Of a stretch of DNA of 64,000 bases, positions 10,725 to 19,359 are shown one piece after another. Made by a program: the position numbers and the translations under genes. A model generated the notes under the pieces. That model did no database searches. It was not told the origin of the DNA and saw nothing but the letters and a program-made list of their open reading frames with translations. The DNA is from an uncultured Desulfarculaceae bacterium (GTDB lineage: Bacteria > Desulfobacterota > Desulfocorpusculales > Desulfocorpusculum): NCBI GenBank assembly GCA_964514105.1, contig CAZEPJ010000001.1:34448-98447 (forward strand). The letters run 5' to 3'. The stretch's first letter is position 1. Every line of letters begins with the position of its first letter.

Positions 10725-11965
10725 CGGCGGGCCTGGCTGGGATCGTGGGGTGCGGCCTGTTCGCAGGCGCGCGAGCCGCCATCCTGGGCTCCGATCACGA
10801 GGAGATCCGGACTCGGGCCAGGGAGGGGTTTGCCTGGGCAATGCGGGTGGCGCGCCTGTTGGAGCAGCCGGAGCGGGTGTTCGCCGCCTCCCGCCTGGGG
10901 GTGGAACTGAGCCTTGTGGGAAGCGGGTCCTTAATCGCGGCCTCCACCTGGGACGCCGGGGGTTGGATGGGCCTGTACCTCGCCCTTCTCGCCGGGGGGG
11001 CCCTCCTGCTGGGCGAGAACCTGCCCCAGGCCCTGGTCGCCAGGCGCCCCCTGGGGTGGGCCCAGGCTCTGACCTGGGTGTTGGTGGTGGGACGATGGGC
11101 CCTGCTGCCTTGGCTGTGGTTTCAACGGGCCGTTACCCCGGGGGGACAGGAGGGCGAGCGTGGAGACGGGCATGCCGAAGGGGTCCTGGTGAGTCGACAG
11201 GCGCTCTCCTGGCTGATTCGTGGCGAGAAGGAGTTGCAGGCGGTGCGCGCCGAGGAACGGCGGATGATCGACCGCATCTTCCAGTTTTCGCAGACCCAGG
11301 TGCGCGAGGTGATGATCCCCCTCATAGAGGTGTGCGCCGTGGAGGAGCGGGCCACGGTGGGTGAGGTGGTGGATCGCGTGGTCCGGGAGGGGTATTCCCG
11401 GCTCCCTGTCTATCGCGAGCGCATCGATCATATCCTGGGGATCATCCGGAGTTTCGACCTGCTGGGAGCGGATTCGTCCCAGCAGCCCGTGGCGCCGTAC
11501 ATCCGAAAGGCTCCGTTCGTCCCGGAGAGCATGCCGGTAGATGAGCTGATGCTGCAGCTCCAGCGGGGTGGACAACACATGGCCATCGTGGTGGATGAAT
11601 ACGGGGGGGGCGTTGGGATCGTGACCATGGAGGATCTCCTGGAGGAGATCGTGGGCGAGATCATGGACGAGTACGACGTGCAGGAGGCCCAGCTCCGCAA
11701 GGTGGCATCCAACCAGTTCGTGGTCAATGCCCGCATGGAGATCGATGGACTCAAAGAGGCGCTGGGCATCGAGATCGCGGGAGAGGACTTCGAGACCCTG
11801 GGCGGATTCCTGCTCAAGGAGTTCCGACGGATCCCGGCCCAGGGGGAGTCCCTGATCTTCCGCGGGGTGCAGTTCACCGTCCAGCGGGCGGACGATCGTT
11901 CGATCCAGGAGGTGCTGGTGACTTTGCCCAAGGGCCACCGCCTGCCGGGCAGTGGCGGGGCTTGA
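10706..11965 (+). CDS. CNNM/CorC/HlyC-family protein (tandem paralog)
   Basis: The start was reset to the internal Met (MHAIAIAAGLAGIVG) that overlaps the upstream gene's stop. It has the same DUF21-CBS-CorC architecture. Confidence 0.75.
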   Translation: MHAIAIAAGLAGIVGCGLFAGARAAILGSDHEEIRTRAREGFAWAMRVARLLEQPERVFAASRLGVELSLVGSGSLIAASTWDAGGWMGLYLALLAGGALLLGENLPQALVARRPLGWAQALTWVLVVGRWALLPWLWFQRAVTPGGQEGERGDGHAEGVLVSRQALSWLIRGEKELQAVRAEERRMIDRIFQFSQTQVREVMIPLIEVCAVEERATVGEVVDRVVREGYSRLPVYRERIDHILGIIRSFDLLGADSSQQPVAPYIRKAPFVPESMPVDELMLQLQRGGQHMAIVVDEYGGGVGIVTMEDLLEEIVGEIMDEYDVQEAQLRKVASNQFVVNARMEIDGLKEALGIEIAGEDFETLGGFLLKEFRRIPAQGESLIFRGVQFTVQRADDRSIQEVLVTLPKGHRLPGSGGA

Positions 11966-12066
11966 CACCCCATCCGGCGGCGCCATAAGATGCGCGTCAG
12001 TTGCGGGCGGAGACGACGGGCTGAGCGGGCCCTCCTGATGGGAGGGGCTTCCGTGGGGGCGGGGCG

Positions 12067-12657
12067 TTGGAGGATCGCGTCCGATCCATCGTGGGGGAGA
12101 GCATCCGGCTCAAGACCACGTTCCTCAAAGGCCCCCTCACAGGCGTCGTGGGGGCGATTGAGGCCATCTGTGTGGCCCTCGCTGGCCGGAAGAAACTCCT
12201 CATCTTCGGCAACGGGGGAAGCGCGGCTGACGCCCAACACGTGGCCGCCGAGTTCGTGAACCGCTACGGGCGTTGGCGCCAGGCCCTGCCCGCCATTGCG
12301 CTCACCACGGACAGCTCTGTCCTGACCAGCATTGCCAATGATGCGGCCTTCGAGGAGATCTTCTCCCGCCAGATCGAGGCGCTGGGCTCTCCGGGCGACG
12401 TGGCGTGGGGGATCACAACCAGCGGTCAGTCACCCAACGTGGTCCGGGGCCTGAAGGCGGCCCGGGCCGTGGGGTTGGTCACCGTGGCCATGACGGGCAA
12501 GACGGGCGGGGAAATCGGGACCCTGGTGGACCACTGGATCCACGTGGACCATGGTTTTTCCCCGCGCATACAGGAGCTGCAGATCACGCTTGCCCACGTC
12601 ATCTGCGAGCTGGTCGAGGAGCGGCTCTTTCCCCCGTGCGACGAGACGACGCGGTGA
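12067..12657 (+). CDS. gmhA: D-sedoheptulose-7-phosphate isomerase (SIS domain, GmhA/DiaA family)
   Basis: 196 aa with an SIS domain: LLIFGNGGSAADAQHVAAEF, TTSGQSPNVV, and 'hvich' at the C-terminus, typical of GmhA. Confidence 0.8.
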   Translation: MEDRVRSIVGESIRLKTTFLKGPLTGVVGAIEAICVALAGRKKLLIFGNGGSAADAQHVAAEFVNRYGRWRQALPAIALTTDSSVLTSIANDAAFEEIFSRQIEALGSPGDVAWGITTSGQSPNVVRGLKAARAVGLVTVAMTGKTGGEIGTLVDHWIHVDHGFSPRIQELQITLAHVICELVEERLFPPCDETTR

Positions 12658-13631
12658 TGGATCCTTGGGACCGCCGCCGGATGCGTACCTATCCCCTGGC
12701 CCAGAGGAAGAGCAAGGTCCGGGTGGAGGGGTTTGCCCGCCCCCACGTCGTTGGCGACAGCCTGGGACGCTTCCTGAAGAAGCTGCCGCGCTTTCTGGCA
12801 GCCCGGGACCTGCTGGAGGTGGCCGCGGCCGTGGTGACGGCACGGGGCAAGGGCAGGACCGTGCTGCTGGGAATGGGGGCCCATGTCATCAAGGTGGGGC
12901 TGTCGCCGGTGGTCATCGACCTACTGCGGGAGGGTTGGCTGTCGGCCGTGGCCACCAATGGGGCCGGCATGGTCCACGACTTCGAGGTGGCCCTGGCGGG
13001 TCACACCTCCGAGGACGTGGACGCCACATTGGGGCTGGGTGAGTTCGGGATGGCCGAGGAGACGGGAGGCCTTCTCAACGAGATGATCGTGGCCGGGGTG
13101 GCCCGGGGGCAAGGCCTGGGCGACGCCGTGGGGAGGGCTCTGGGGGATCGAGCCGCTCCCTTCGCCGACAGAAGCCTCCTGGTGACCTCCGCCCGACTGG
13201 ATCGTCCCGCCACCATCCACGTGGCCATGGGCACGGATATCCATCACCTCCATCCCGCCGCCGACGGGGCCTCCATCGGGGAGGGGAGCCATCGGGACTT
13301 CCTGGCCTTCTGCCGACGGGTGGCCGGCCTGGAGGACGGGGTGTACATCAATCTGGGCTCCGCGGTCGTGCTGCCCGAGGTGTTCCTCAAGGCCGTGAGC
13401 CTGTCCAGGAATCTGGGGTACTCCCTGCGACGAATCACGACCGTGAACATGGACTTCGTCCAGCACTATCGTCCCACGACCAATGTGGTCCGAAGGCCCG
13501 CGGCCCTCGGGGGGAAAGGGTATGCGCTGACGGGTCATCACGAGATCCTTCTGCCCCTGCTGGCCGGTGCCATTAAGGAAGAGGGGGCGGCCAGAGGCGT
13601 GACGCCCGCCCCATCCTCCTGCTTTGCTTGA
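12657..13631 (+). CDS. Deoxyhypusine synthase-like (DHS-like NAD-binding fold) protein
   Basis: The start is the ATG overlapping the gmhA stop (TGATG). TVLLGMGAHVIKVGLSPVVIDLLREGWLSAVATNGAGMVHDFEVAL parallels the DHS motif ([44 protein letters not shown]). A later GxYINLGSAVV segment resembles the DHS GGGVVKHH region. Confidence 0.45.
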   Translation: MDPWDRRRMRTYPLAQRKSKVRVEGFARPHVVGDSLGRFLKKLPRFLAARDLLEVAAAVVTARGKGRTVLLGMGAHVIKVGLSPVVIDLLREGWLSAVATNGAGMVHDFEVALAGHTSEDVDATLGLGEFGMAEETGGLLNEMIVAGVARGQGLGDAVGRALGDRAAPFADRSLLVTSARLDRPATIHVAMGTDIHHLHPAADGASIGEGSHRDFLAFCRRVAGLEDGVYINLGSAVVLPEVFLKAVSLSRNLGYSLRRITTVNMDFVQHYRPTTNVVRRPAALGGKGYALTGHHEILLPLLAGAIKEEGAARGVTPAPSSCFA

Positions 13632-13686
13632 CACCGGGTTGAGGGATACCCTAACCTAGGCTCGGTCATCCGGGGGAATTGGACAT

Positions 13687-14148
13687 ATGGCCAGGAAAGA
13701 CAAAGAGAAGGACCAGGACGTGAGGGATGGAGGGATCAGGGCACCTGCCATGCGCCCATCCATGAACCTTCCCATGAAGTATCTGGTCATCAGCGGCCGC
13801 GATGAGATGAAGATCTCGCGCAGCATCGACGGCAGGGTCGAGGATCTCTCGCTCACCGGCCTGGTCTTTCAGACGGCCTCCATGCGGGTGGACAATCTCC
13901 ACCTCTCGTACGACGAGTCCCCGGTGGTCCGCAACAAGCTCACCATGGAGATCGATCTGCCCGGCAAGCGGAAGATCACCGCCATGGGGGAAGTCTCCTG
14001 GTACGAGCGCTCCTTCGTGGCCAAGGAGCAAATCTATCACATCGGGGTGGTGTTCCGGGAGATCAGTCCTGAAGACCGAGAGGCCCTCAAGGAATACCTG
14101 GTGGCCGTCAAGAGGGCCGTGGCCGCCGTCAGCCTCGATGATCTATAA
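13687..14148 (+). CDS. PilZ domain protein (c-di-GMP receptor-like)
   Basis: RSIDGR (RxxxR) followed by DLSLTGL (DxSxxG) motifs, with a PilZ-like C-terminal region. Confidence 0.55.
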   Translation: MARKDKEKDQDVRDGGIRAPAMRPSMNLPMKYLVISGRDEMKISRSIDGRVEDLSLTGLVFQTASMRVDNLHLSYDESPVVRNKLTMEIDLPGKRKITAMGEVSWYERSFVAKEQIYHIGVVFREISPEDREALKEYLVAVKRAVAAVSLDDL

Positions 14149-14201
14149 TATAGTAGAGGGCTGATGCCCTTGCAGGGCCCATGAGGGGGGAGGAGATCGG
14201 G

Positions 14202-14420
14202 ATGCCCATCTACGAGTATCAATGCAAGAAGTGCCGTCGGGAGTTTGAGGAGTTGGTCTTCGGGAGCGAGGAGAATGTGGCCTGCCCCGGGTGCCGAAGC
14301 AAGGGTGTCAAACGGCTCATGTCTGCCGCGGCGTTCAAGTGCAACGGCAGCTTCGTAAGCACAGCGTCCTCGGGCGGCTGCTCCGGCTGTTCGTCCCATT
14401 CGTGCGCCGGCTGCAAGTAA
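14202..14420 (+). CDS. FmdB-family zinc-ribbon protein (putative regulatory protein)
   Basis: MPIYEYQCKKCRREFEELVFGSEENVACPGCRS matches the FmdB/TIGR02605 CxxC...CxxC signature. The GGGGGAGGAG RBS supports the start at 14202 rather than 14181. Confidence 0.6.
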   Translation: MPIYEYQCKKCRREFEELVFGSEENVACPGCRSKGVKRLMSAAAFKCNGSFVSTASSGGCSGCSSHSCAGCK

Positions 14421-14444
14421 CGCGTCCGTTTGACGCACGGATGC

Positions 14445-14474
14445 GGGCCCCGCTCGGCGGGGCCCGCGCGTTTT
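14445..14474. terminator. GC-rich hairpin plus T-run, an intrinsic terminator between convergent genes
   Basis: GGGCCCCGC-tcg-GCGGGGCCC is a perfect 9-bp stem followed by gcgcgTTTT on the plus strand. It sits between the FmdB gene (+) and the small secreted-protein gene (-). Confidence 0.55.
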
Positions 14475-14492
14475 CACGACGAGTGGATCACG

Positions 14493-14909
14493 TCATTTCC
14501 AGAGGAAATTCAGGGTCTGGAGCGACTTGCCCGCGGCCACGCGTTTGGTGATGGTCTCCCTGCCCATGGTGGCCTGGATCAAATGGTCGCCCTGCGGCAG
14601 ATGGACCAGCATCCAGGGCCCTTCCACCACGGTGCTCAGGAGCGTCTTGCCGCCGCTTCCCTGAATCACCACCCGGACATCGGACAGATACTCGCGCGAG
14701 ACCATGGCAAAGATCAGCTTCAGGTTGAATTCCCTGGCCCGCTCGTCCATGGCGGCCCGCTCCTCCAAGCCCACACCCCCCGCCATGAATCGGACATCCC
14801 CCTGGCGTTCCTCCCGCAGTGCGGGGGCGTCGCCCTGGGCTACGACCCCTCCCGTAAGCAGGAGTGCAAGAAGGAGACCCGCCCCCATGCCCATGAATAT
14901 GCTCTTCAT
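14493..14909 (-). CDS. Small secreted hypothetical protein (138 aa, signal peptide)
   Basis: Internal ATG at 14909 preceded by GGAGG. MKSIFMGMGAGLLLALLLTGGVVAQG is a signal peptide. The 415-aa table ORF upstream extension is antisense and overlaps the activase promoter region. Confidence 0.55.
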   Translation of the reverse strand: MKSIFMGMGAGLLLALLLTGGVVAQGDAPALREERQGDVRFMAGGVGLEERAAMDERAREFNLKLIFAMVSREYLSDVRVVIQGSGGKTLLSTVVEGPWMLVHLPQGDHLIQATMGRETITKRVAAGKSLQTLNFLWK

Positions 14910-15176
14910 CTCTTCGCCTCCGGTCGGATTCGGAATGTGGATACTCCAGGGAATCTCGAACAAGGATACTATATGGCGGGGGGGGCTCCATGTCAAAATC
15001 CGGGGCGATTCCTTCCGGCGCGGCGCATGGCAGGGGATGCGAGGGATGAGGCACCGGATTGGGCGAGTGGGGGGCGGGGAAGGGGCATCCCTTGGCGCCG
15101 GGATGCGACCTGGGATGGCGATGCGTGGGCGCGGGGGTGGGTGGTGAGTGGATCGGATCCCCCCGAAAGTGGCGTC

Positions 15177-15947
15177 GTGGCCGGTGTGGACGTGGGGCAC
15201 CAGACCGTGAAGGTGGTGGTCCTGGGGCGCGATGGGCTCCTGGGGCGGGGGATTTGGGCCTTGGCGGGATCCGTGGCCCACGCCGCGGAGGCCGGCCTGC
15301 GCAGGGCTGCGGCACAGGCCGGGGTGGAACGCGGGGCGGTGGAACGGATCTACGTCACGGGGGCTGGCAGAGACGGCGTGGTCATGGGCGACGGCCGTCC
15401 GACGGAGATGCTCTGCCACGTGCGGGGCGCCCACGCGGATCATCCCCGGGCCCGCACCGTCATGGACATGGGGGCCGAGGGGTTTCGGGTGCTCAGTTGC
15501 GATGCGGACGGCCACCTGACGGCCTTTGTCCTCAACGACAAGTGCGCGTCCGGAACCGGGGTCTTCCTGGAGACCGTGGCATCCATGCTTCGCGTCACGC
15601 TGGACGAGATGGGGCCCTTGTCCCTCCAGGCCGCGGGAAACTTGAGCCTGACGACGACCTGTGCCGTGTTCGCCGAATCGGAGATCGTGGCGGAGACCCA
15701 TCGGGGCACACCGCGGGAGGAGATCCTCTGGGCGGTTCACGATGCCATTGCCGCCAGGATCGTGGCCTTGAGCCAGCGGGTGGGGGTGACGCCGGATGTG
15801 GTCCTCACGGGGGGGGTGGCCAGGAACGTGGGGCTGGTGGCCGCTTTGGGACGCCGTTTGGGCCTCGATCCCTTCGTCCCCGAGGCCCCTGAGATGATGG
15901 GGGCACTGGGCGCGGCCTTGCTGGCCTGGGAGGACCGGACCCCATGA
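15177..15947 (+). CDS. HgdC/BcrAD/BadFG-type ATPase (CoA-substrate-specific enzyme activase), subunit 1
   Basis: The acetate/sugar-kinase-fold N-terminus VAGVDVGHQTVKVVVL, LNDKCASGTG and TTTCAVFAESE provide the two cluster-bridging Cys residues of HgdC-type activators. The start was inferred as an in-frame GTG, so the N-terminus is uncertain. Confidence 0.7.
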   Translation: MAGVDVGHQTVKVVVLGRDGLLGRGIWALAGSVAHAAEAGLRRAAAQAGVERGAVERIYVTGAGRDGVVMGDGRPTEMLCHVRGAHADHPRARTVMDMGAEGFRVLSCDADGHLTAFVLNDKCASGTGVFLETVASMLRVTLDEMGPLSLQAAGNLSLTTTCAVFAESEIVAETHRGTPREEILWAVHDAIAARIVALSQRVGVTPDVVLTGGVARNVGLVAALGRRLGLDPFVPEAPEMMGALGAALLAWEDRTP

Positions 15948-16735
15948 TCACCTGCGGCGTGGATGTGGGCTCCCTCTCGGCCGAGGCCGTGCTCCTCTCC
16001 GGGGAGGAGATCCTCTCGTACAGCGTGGTGCGGACCGGTCCGGACAGCGCCCGAACCGCCCATGAGGCCCTGGGCGAGGCGTTGCAAAGGGCCGGGGTCG
16101 TTCCGGGAGCGATTGACTACACCGTGGCGACGGGGTACGGACGGGTGGTGGTCCCCTTTGCCCAGCGGCACCTCTCGGAGATCACCTGCCACGCCAAGGG
16201 GGCCCATCATCTGTTCCCCCAGGTGCGGACGATCCTGGACATGGGCGGGCAGGACTGCAAGGCCGTCCGGTGCGATCCCCGGGGCAAGGTGACGGCCTTT
16301 CTCATGAACGACAAATGCGCGGCGGGGACGGGGAGGGCCCTGGAGGTGATCGCCGGCCTCATCCAAGTGCCTTTGGAGGAGATCGGGGCCCGGTCACTGG
16401 CCTTCGAAGGGAAGCCCGCCAGAATCAGCAACACCTGCGTGGTCTTCGCCAAGTCCGAAGTGCTGGCCCGGATGCGCGAGGGGGTCTCCACCGAGGAGAT
16501 CCTGGCAGCCCTGTGCGAGGGAGTGGCGGAGCGGGTGGCCGGACTCATCCGGCGGGTGGGGCTGGAGGAGGCCTTCGCCATCACCGGGGGCATCGCCAAG
16601 AACACCGGCGTGGTCCGCCGCATCGAGGGAATGCTCGGCGTTCAGGCCCTCATCGGCGCCGAGCCCCAGATCGTCGGGGCGCTGGGAGCCGCCCTGTTCG
16701 CACGGGAACTGCTTGGGAAGCGCGATTCGGCGTGA
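15944..16735 (+). CDS. HgdC/BcrAD/BadFG-type ATPase (activase), subunit 2
   Basis: Strong full-length similarity to the Acidaminococcus HgdC pattern (MITCGVDVGS..., MNDKCAAGTGRALE, SNTCVVFAKSEV, TGGIAKN). The ATGA overlap with the upstream gene suggests a heterodimeric activator. Confidence 0.85.
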   Translation: MITCGVDVGSLSAEAVLLSGEEILSYSVVRTGPDSARTAHEALGEALQRAGVVPGAIDYTVATGYGRVVVPFAQRHLSEITCHAKGAHHLFPQVRTILDMGGQDCKAVRCDPRGKVTAFLMNDKCAAGTGRALEVIAGLIQVPLEEIGARSLAFEGKPARISNTCVVFAKSEVLARMREGVSTEEILAALCEGVAERVAGLIRRVGLEEAFAITGGIAKNTGVVRRIEGMLGVQALIGAEPQIVGALGAALFARELLGKRDSA

Positions 16736-16878
16736 GCCCTTGCAGCCGAGGTCCCGCTGGCCCCATCACCGCGGTCACGTCCGTTGCGTTTGCTGGGTCT
16801 GTCTCGAGATCCGGTCCCCGGGGTCACGCCCCGGCGGATGGGCGTCCCAGTCCGACCACAGGGATTGGTTGGCCACCG

Positions 16879-19026
16879 ATGAGGGTGAAACTGGTATTCC
16901 CGCCGGGATTCCCGTTGGAGCAGCCTTATCCCAGCCTGCCGGCGCTGACGTCGTTCTTGTTGCAGAGAGGCGTGGAGGTCTCTCAGGCGGATCTGAACGT
17001 CGCGTCTTTCGACTTTCTCATGCGCCCTTCGTACCTCACCCGCTGCGCCCGGGAATTGGAGGGTGTGCTTGGGCGATGCAGGGGGCGGCGCTCTCTCGCC
17101 CAAGCGGACTACGGGCACTACTGGGCCATCTGCCGCGCCCTGCTCGCCGCGCCCGTGGTCATCCCGAACATACGAAAGGCCGTCCGGTTTTTCCGGACCT
17201 TGGACGGCTTCTCGGATCTCGACAGCTACATCCTCAACCGCCGCATAGTGGACGAGGCGCTGAACCTCGTTTCCGCACCCCATTATCCGGTCTCAGTCCC
17301 CCAAATCGGCTTCTCCAAGTACAGTTCCGCCCAGGCCTCAGGCGATATCCTTTCCGCCATCGCCGATCCCGTCCGGAATCCGTACCTTTCCTTTCTCGAA
17401 CGCTACGTGGGGGGACAACTGAAGGGTGAAGCCCCCGCGCTTGTCGGGATCTCCCTGGCGGGCCTGGGCCAAATCATTCCGGGCCTTGCTTTGGCCCGGC
17501 TGGTTCGGGAACAGATGCCCGCCACGAAGATCGTCGTGGGAGGATTCATCACCACCTTGCTGGCCGAGAAGATGAGGGCGATACCACCGCTGTTTCGGTT
17601 GTTCGACTACCTCATCCGATTCGAGGGCGAAACGCCGCTGCTGCGGTTGTGCCAGCATCTGGAAGGGGAGTGCCCCATCCAGGTGGTCCCCAACCTGCTC
17701 TACATGGATAGAGGGGGCGTAGAGGAGACGCGGCTGGGCCCGGTGGAGGACGTGAATGACCTCCCCACTCCGGTCTATGTGGGATTGCCGCTGGATCGGT
17801 ATCTCTCCCCCGTCCCGCTGCTGTCATTGGAGCCTGCGCGGGGGTGCTACTGGCGCAAGTGCACGTTCTGCAACCAGCATGCCGTACACCGGGGCACCTT
17901 CCGCGTTCGCGCGCCGGAGAAGACGGTTCTCGATATGAGACGCCTGCAGGAAAGATACGGGGCGAAATTCTTTTGCATCGTGAGTGAGGGTCTGCCGGCC
18001 AAGCAGTTGTCCCTGCTGGGAGAGGCCATCCTCGCGCACGGTTTGAACGTGCAGTGGTATGCGGGGGCTCGGCTGGAGAAGGGGTTCACGCGCAGGAGAC
18101 TGGAGGTGATTCGAAAGGCCGGATGCCGCAGGATCCTTTTCGGGCTGGAGTCCGGCAGTCAGAGGGTTCTGGATTTGATGCGGAAGGGGATCCGCCTGAG
18201 GGACGTGCCCAGCATCCTGGGTGCGTGCCGGCGTGCAGGCGTGGATGTCCACCTGTACCTGATGAGCGGCTTCCCCACGGAGTGCGCAGGGGAGGCCAAG
18301 CAAACGGCCGATTTCGTCGTCGAACAGCTGGGGCTGCTGGACCGGGACTGGTTTACCTTTTCCGTGAGCGTCTTCAGGGCCGCCATCGGTGCACCGATCT
18401 TGGAGGATCTGCCGCGGCTGGGCTACCGTCTTGTCTCCAAGGGACCCAAGTACGACCTGGAGTTCCTGTTCGAGCACGAGGTGGTCGATGGTCGGCTCCC
18501 CCATGGAGGGCGGCAAGAGCGTGAGCAGGCAGCGGAGGAGCTCGCTGCCAACATCCGCCGACACCTGCCCAAACCACGCTTTCCGCACGAGATGAGCCAC
18601 TGCTTGTGCTATCGTGTGCTTCCAGACGCGAGGCCCAGCGCTCTCGCTGCGGGGCAGGACGGGGCCCCCATGGACATGGACGCGCTGTCGCGCGATGGCT
18701 ATCGTTTCCGCCTCAGCCCTTGGGTCACGTTACGATCTGTCCAGGTCCCGCATGATGCGTCGGGACTGACCGACGCAGGCTCCGCCCGGCTCGTCCGTCA
18801 ACATGTGGCCTATGAGCTTCGGAGCGACAAATGCTACGGGCTGAGCAGGTCCGCGGTCGCTTTCTTGGAGCGTTTTCGCCGGCCGAGGAGCCTTGATGCC
18901 GTTCTGGGAGAGTGGCGCCGTCGATCCGCCGATGAGAAGAGCCTCAGGGAGGGCCTTCTGGGATTGGTGAGCAGGGGCCTCGTGGAGATCTCCGCTCCCA
19001 AGGACCGGGACGCGGAGCCCAAGTGA
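16879..19026 (+). CDS. B12-binding-domain radical SAM protein with a ~200-aa C-terminal extension
   Basis: The start is the internal Met (MRVKLVFPPGFPLEQPYPSLPALTSFLLQRGVEV), giving a cobalamin-binding N-domain. The radical SAM core has GCYWRKCTFCN, a Cx4Cx2C variant of the usual CxxxCxxC. The table ORF N-terminal 203 aa are low-complexity and overlap the activase gene. Confidence 0.65.
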   Translation: MRVKLVFPPGFPLEQPYPSLPALTSFLLQRGVEVSQADLNVASFDFLMRPSYLTRCARELEGVLGRCRGRRSLAQADYGHYWAICRALLAAPVVIPNIRKAVRFFRTLDGFSDLDSYILNRRIVDEALNLVSAPHYPVSVPQIGFSKYSSAQASGDILSAIADPVRNPYLSFLERYVGGQLKGEAPALVGISLAGLGQIIPGLALARLVREQMPATKIVVGGFITTLLAEKMRAIPPLFRLFDYLIRFEGETPLLRLCQHLEGECPIQVVPNLLYMDRGGVEETRLGPVEDVNDLPTPVYVGLPLDRYLSPVPLLSLEPARGCYWRKCTFCNQHAVHRGTFRVRAPEKTVLDMRRLQERYGAKFFCIVSEGLPAKQLSLLGEAILAHGLNVQWYAGARLEKGFTRRRLEVIRKAGCRRILFGLESGSQRVLDLMRKGIRLRDVPSILGACRRAGVDVHLYLMSGFPTECAGEAKQTADFVVEQLGLLDRDWFTFSVSVFRAAIGAPILEDLPRLGYRLVSKGPKYDLEFLFEHEVVDGRLPHGGRQEREQAAEELAANIRRHLPKPRFPHEMSHCLCYRVLPDARPSALAAGQDGAPMDMDALSRDGYRFRLSPWVTLRSVQVPHDASGLTDAGSARLVRQHVAYELRSDKCYGLSRSAVAFLERFRRPRSLDAVLGEWRRRSADEKSLREGLLGLVSRGLVEISAPKDRDAEPK

Positions 19027-19239
19027 TTGACGTTTGCCACAGGCGTCCAGGCAACCCGGACAATGCCCTCCATTGAAAGCTATGGATTTCCCTCCACGCT
19101 CTGTGAAGGAATGGATTCCTGTGTGGGCGATATTCCCGACTCCCCCCCTGGAGATGCCAGCGGCGTGTTTCCTGTCCCATGATCTCGCCCATCTCTCCAA
19201 AGCCGTCCGGGGGAGGCGGCAGTCTGTGCCGGGGGGGGG

Positions 19240-19359
19240 TCAACCCGACCGCATGGCCCACCGGACAGCGATCGCCAGGGCGCCCGCAGCGGTGAGCCCC
19301 CCCAGCCACAGCCCGGCAAACCAGACCCACTGCCTCCGGCGATCAGTAGGCCGTCTCAT
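19240..19359 (-). CDS. cydX: Candidate CydX-like small membrane peptide (39 aa)
   Basis: Absent from the ORF table because it is under 60 aa. MRRPTDRRRQWVWFAGLWLGGLTAAGALAIAVRWAMRSG is a single-TM peptide. Its ATG overlaps the last codons of cydB out of frame, the typical cydABX arrangement. Confidence 0.35.
   Translation of the reverse strand: MRRPTDRRRQWVWFAGLWLGGLTAAGALAIAVRWAMRSG

Noticed and set aside
10931-12240. ORFs 10931..11986- and 11428..12240- opposite the CorC genes
   Set aside because: Antisense to a well-supported CBS/CorC coding frame, with no RBS and no motifs.
14430-15176. N-terminal 250 aa of table ORF 14430..15947 and the 415-aa ORF 14493..15740-
   Set aside because: The extensions cross the activase promoter region and overlap each other antisense. 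Only the C-terminal parts carry an RBS plus a signal peptide or an RBS plus the activase fold.
14910-15176. Possible sigma54 promoter (GGCAC-N5-TGGGC) and G-quadruplex-like G-runs upstream of the activase genes
   Set aside because: The GG/GC spacing is off by one from the -24/-12 consensus. The G-tracts have a >7-nt loop or only GG runs, so neither element is supportable.
16270-16878. 203-aa N-terminal extension of the radical SAM ORF
   Set aside because: Gly/Arg-rich low complexity overlapping the activase gene. The B12-binding domain begins at the internal Met 16879.
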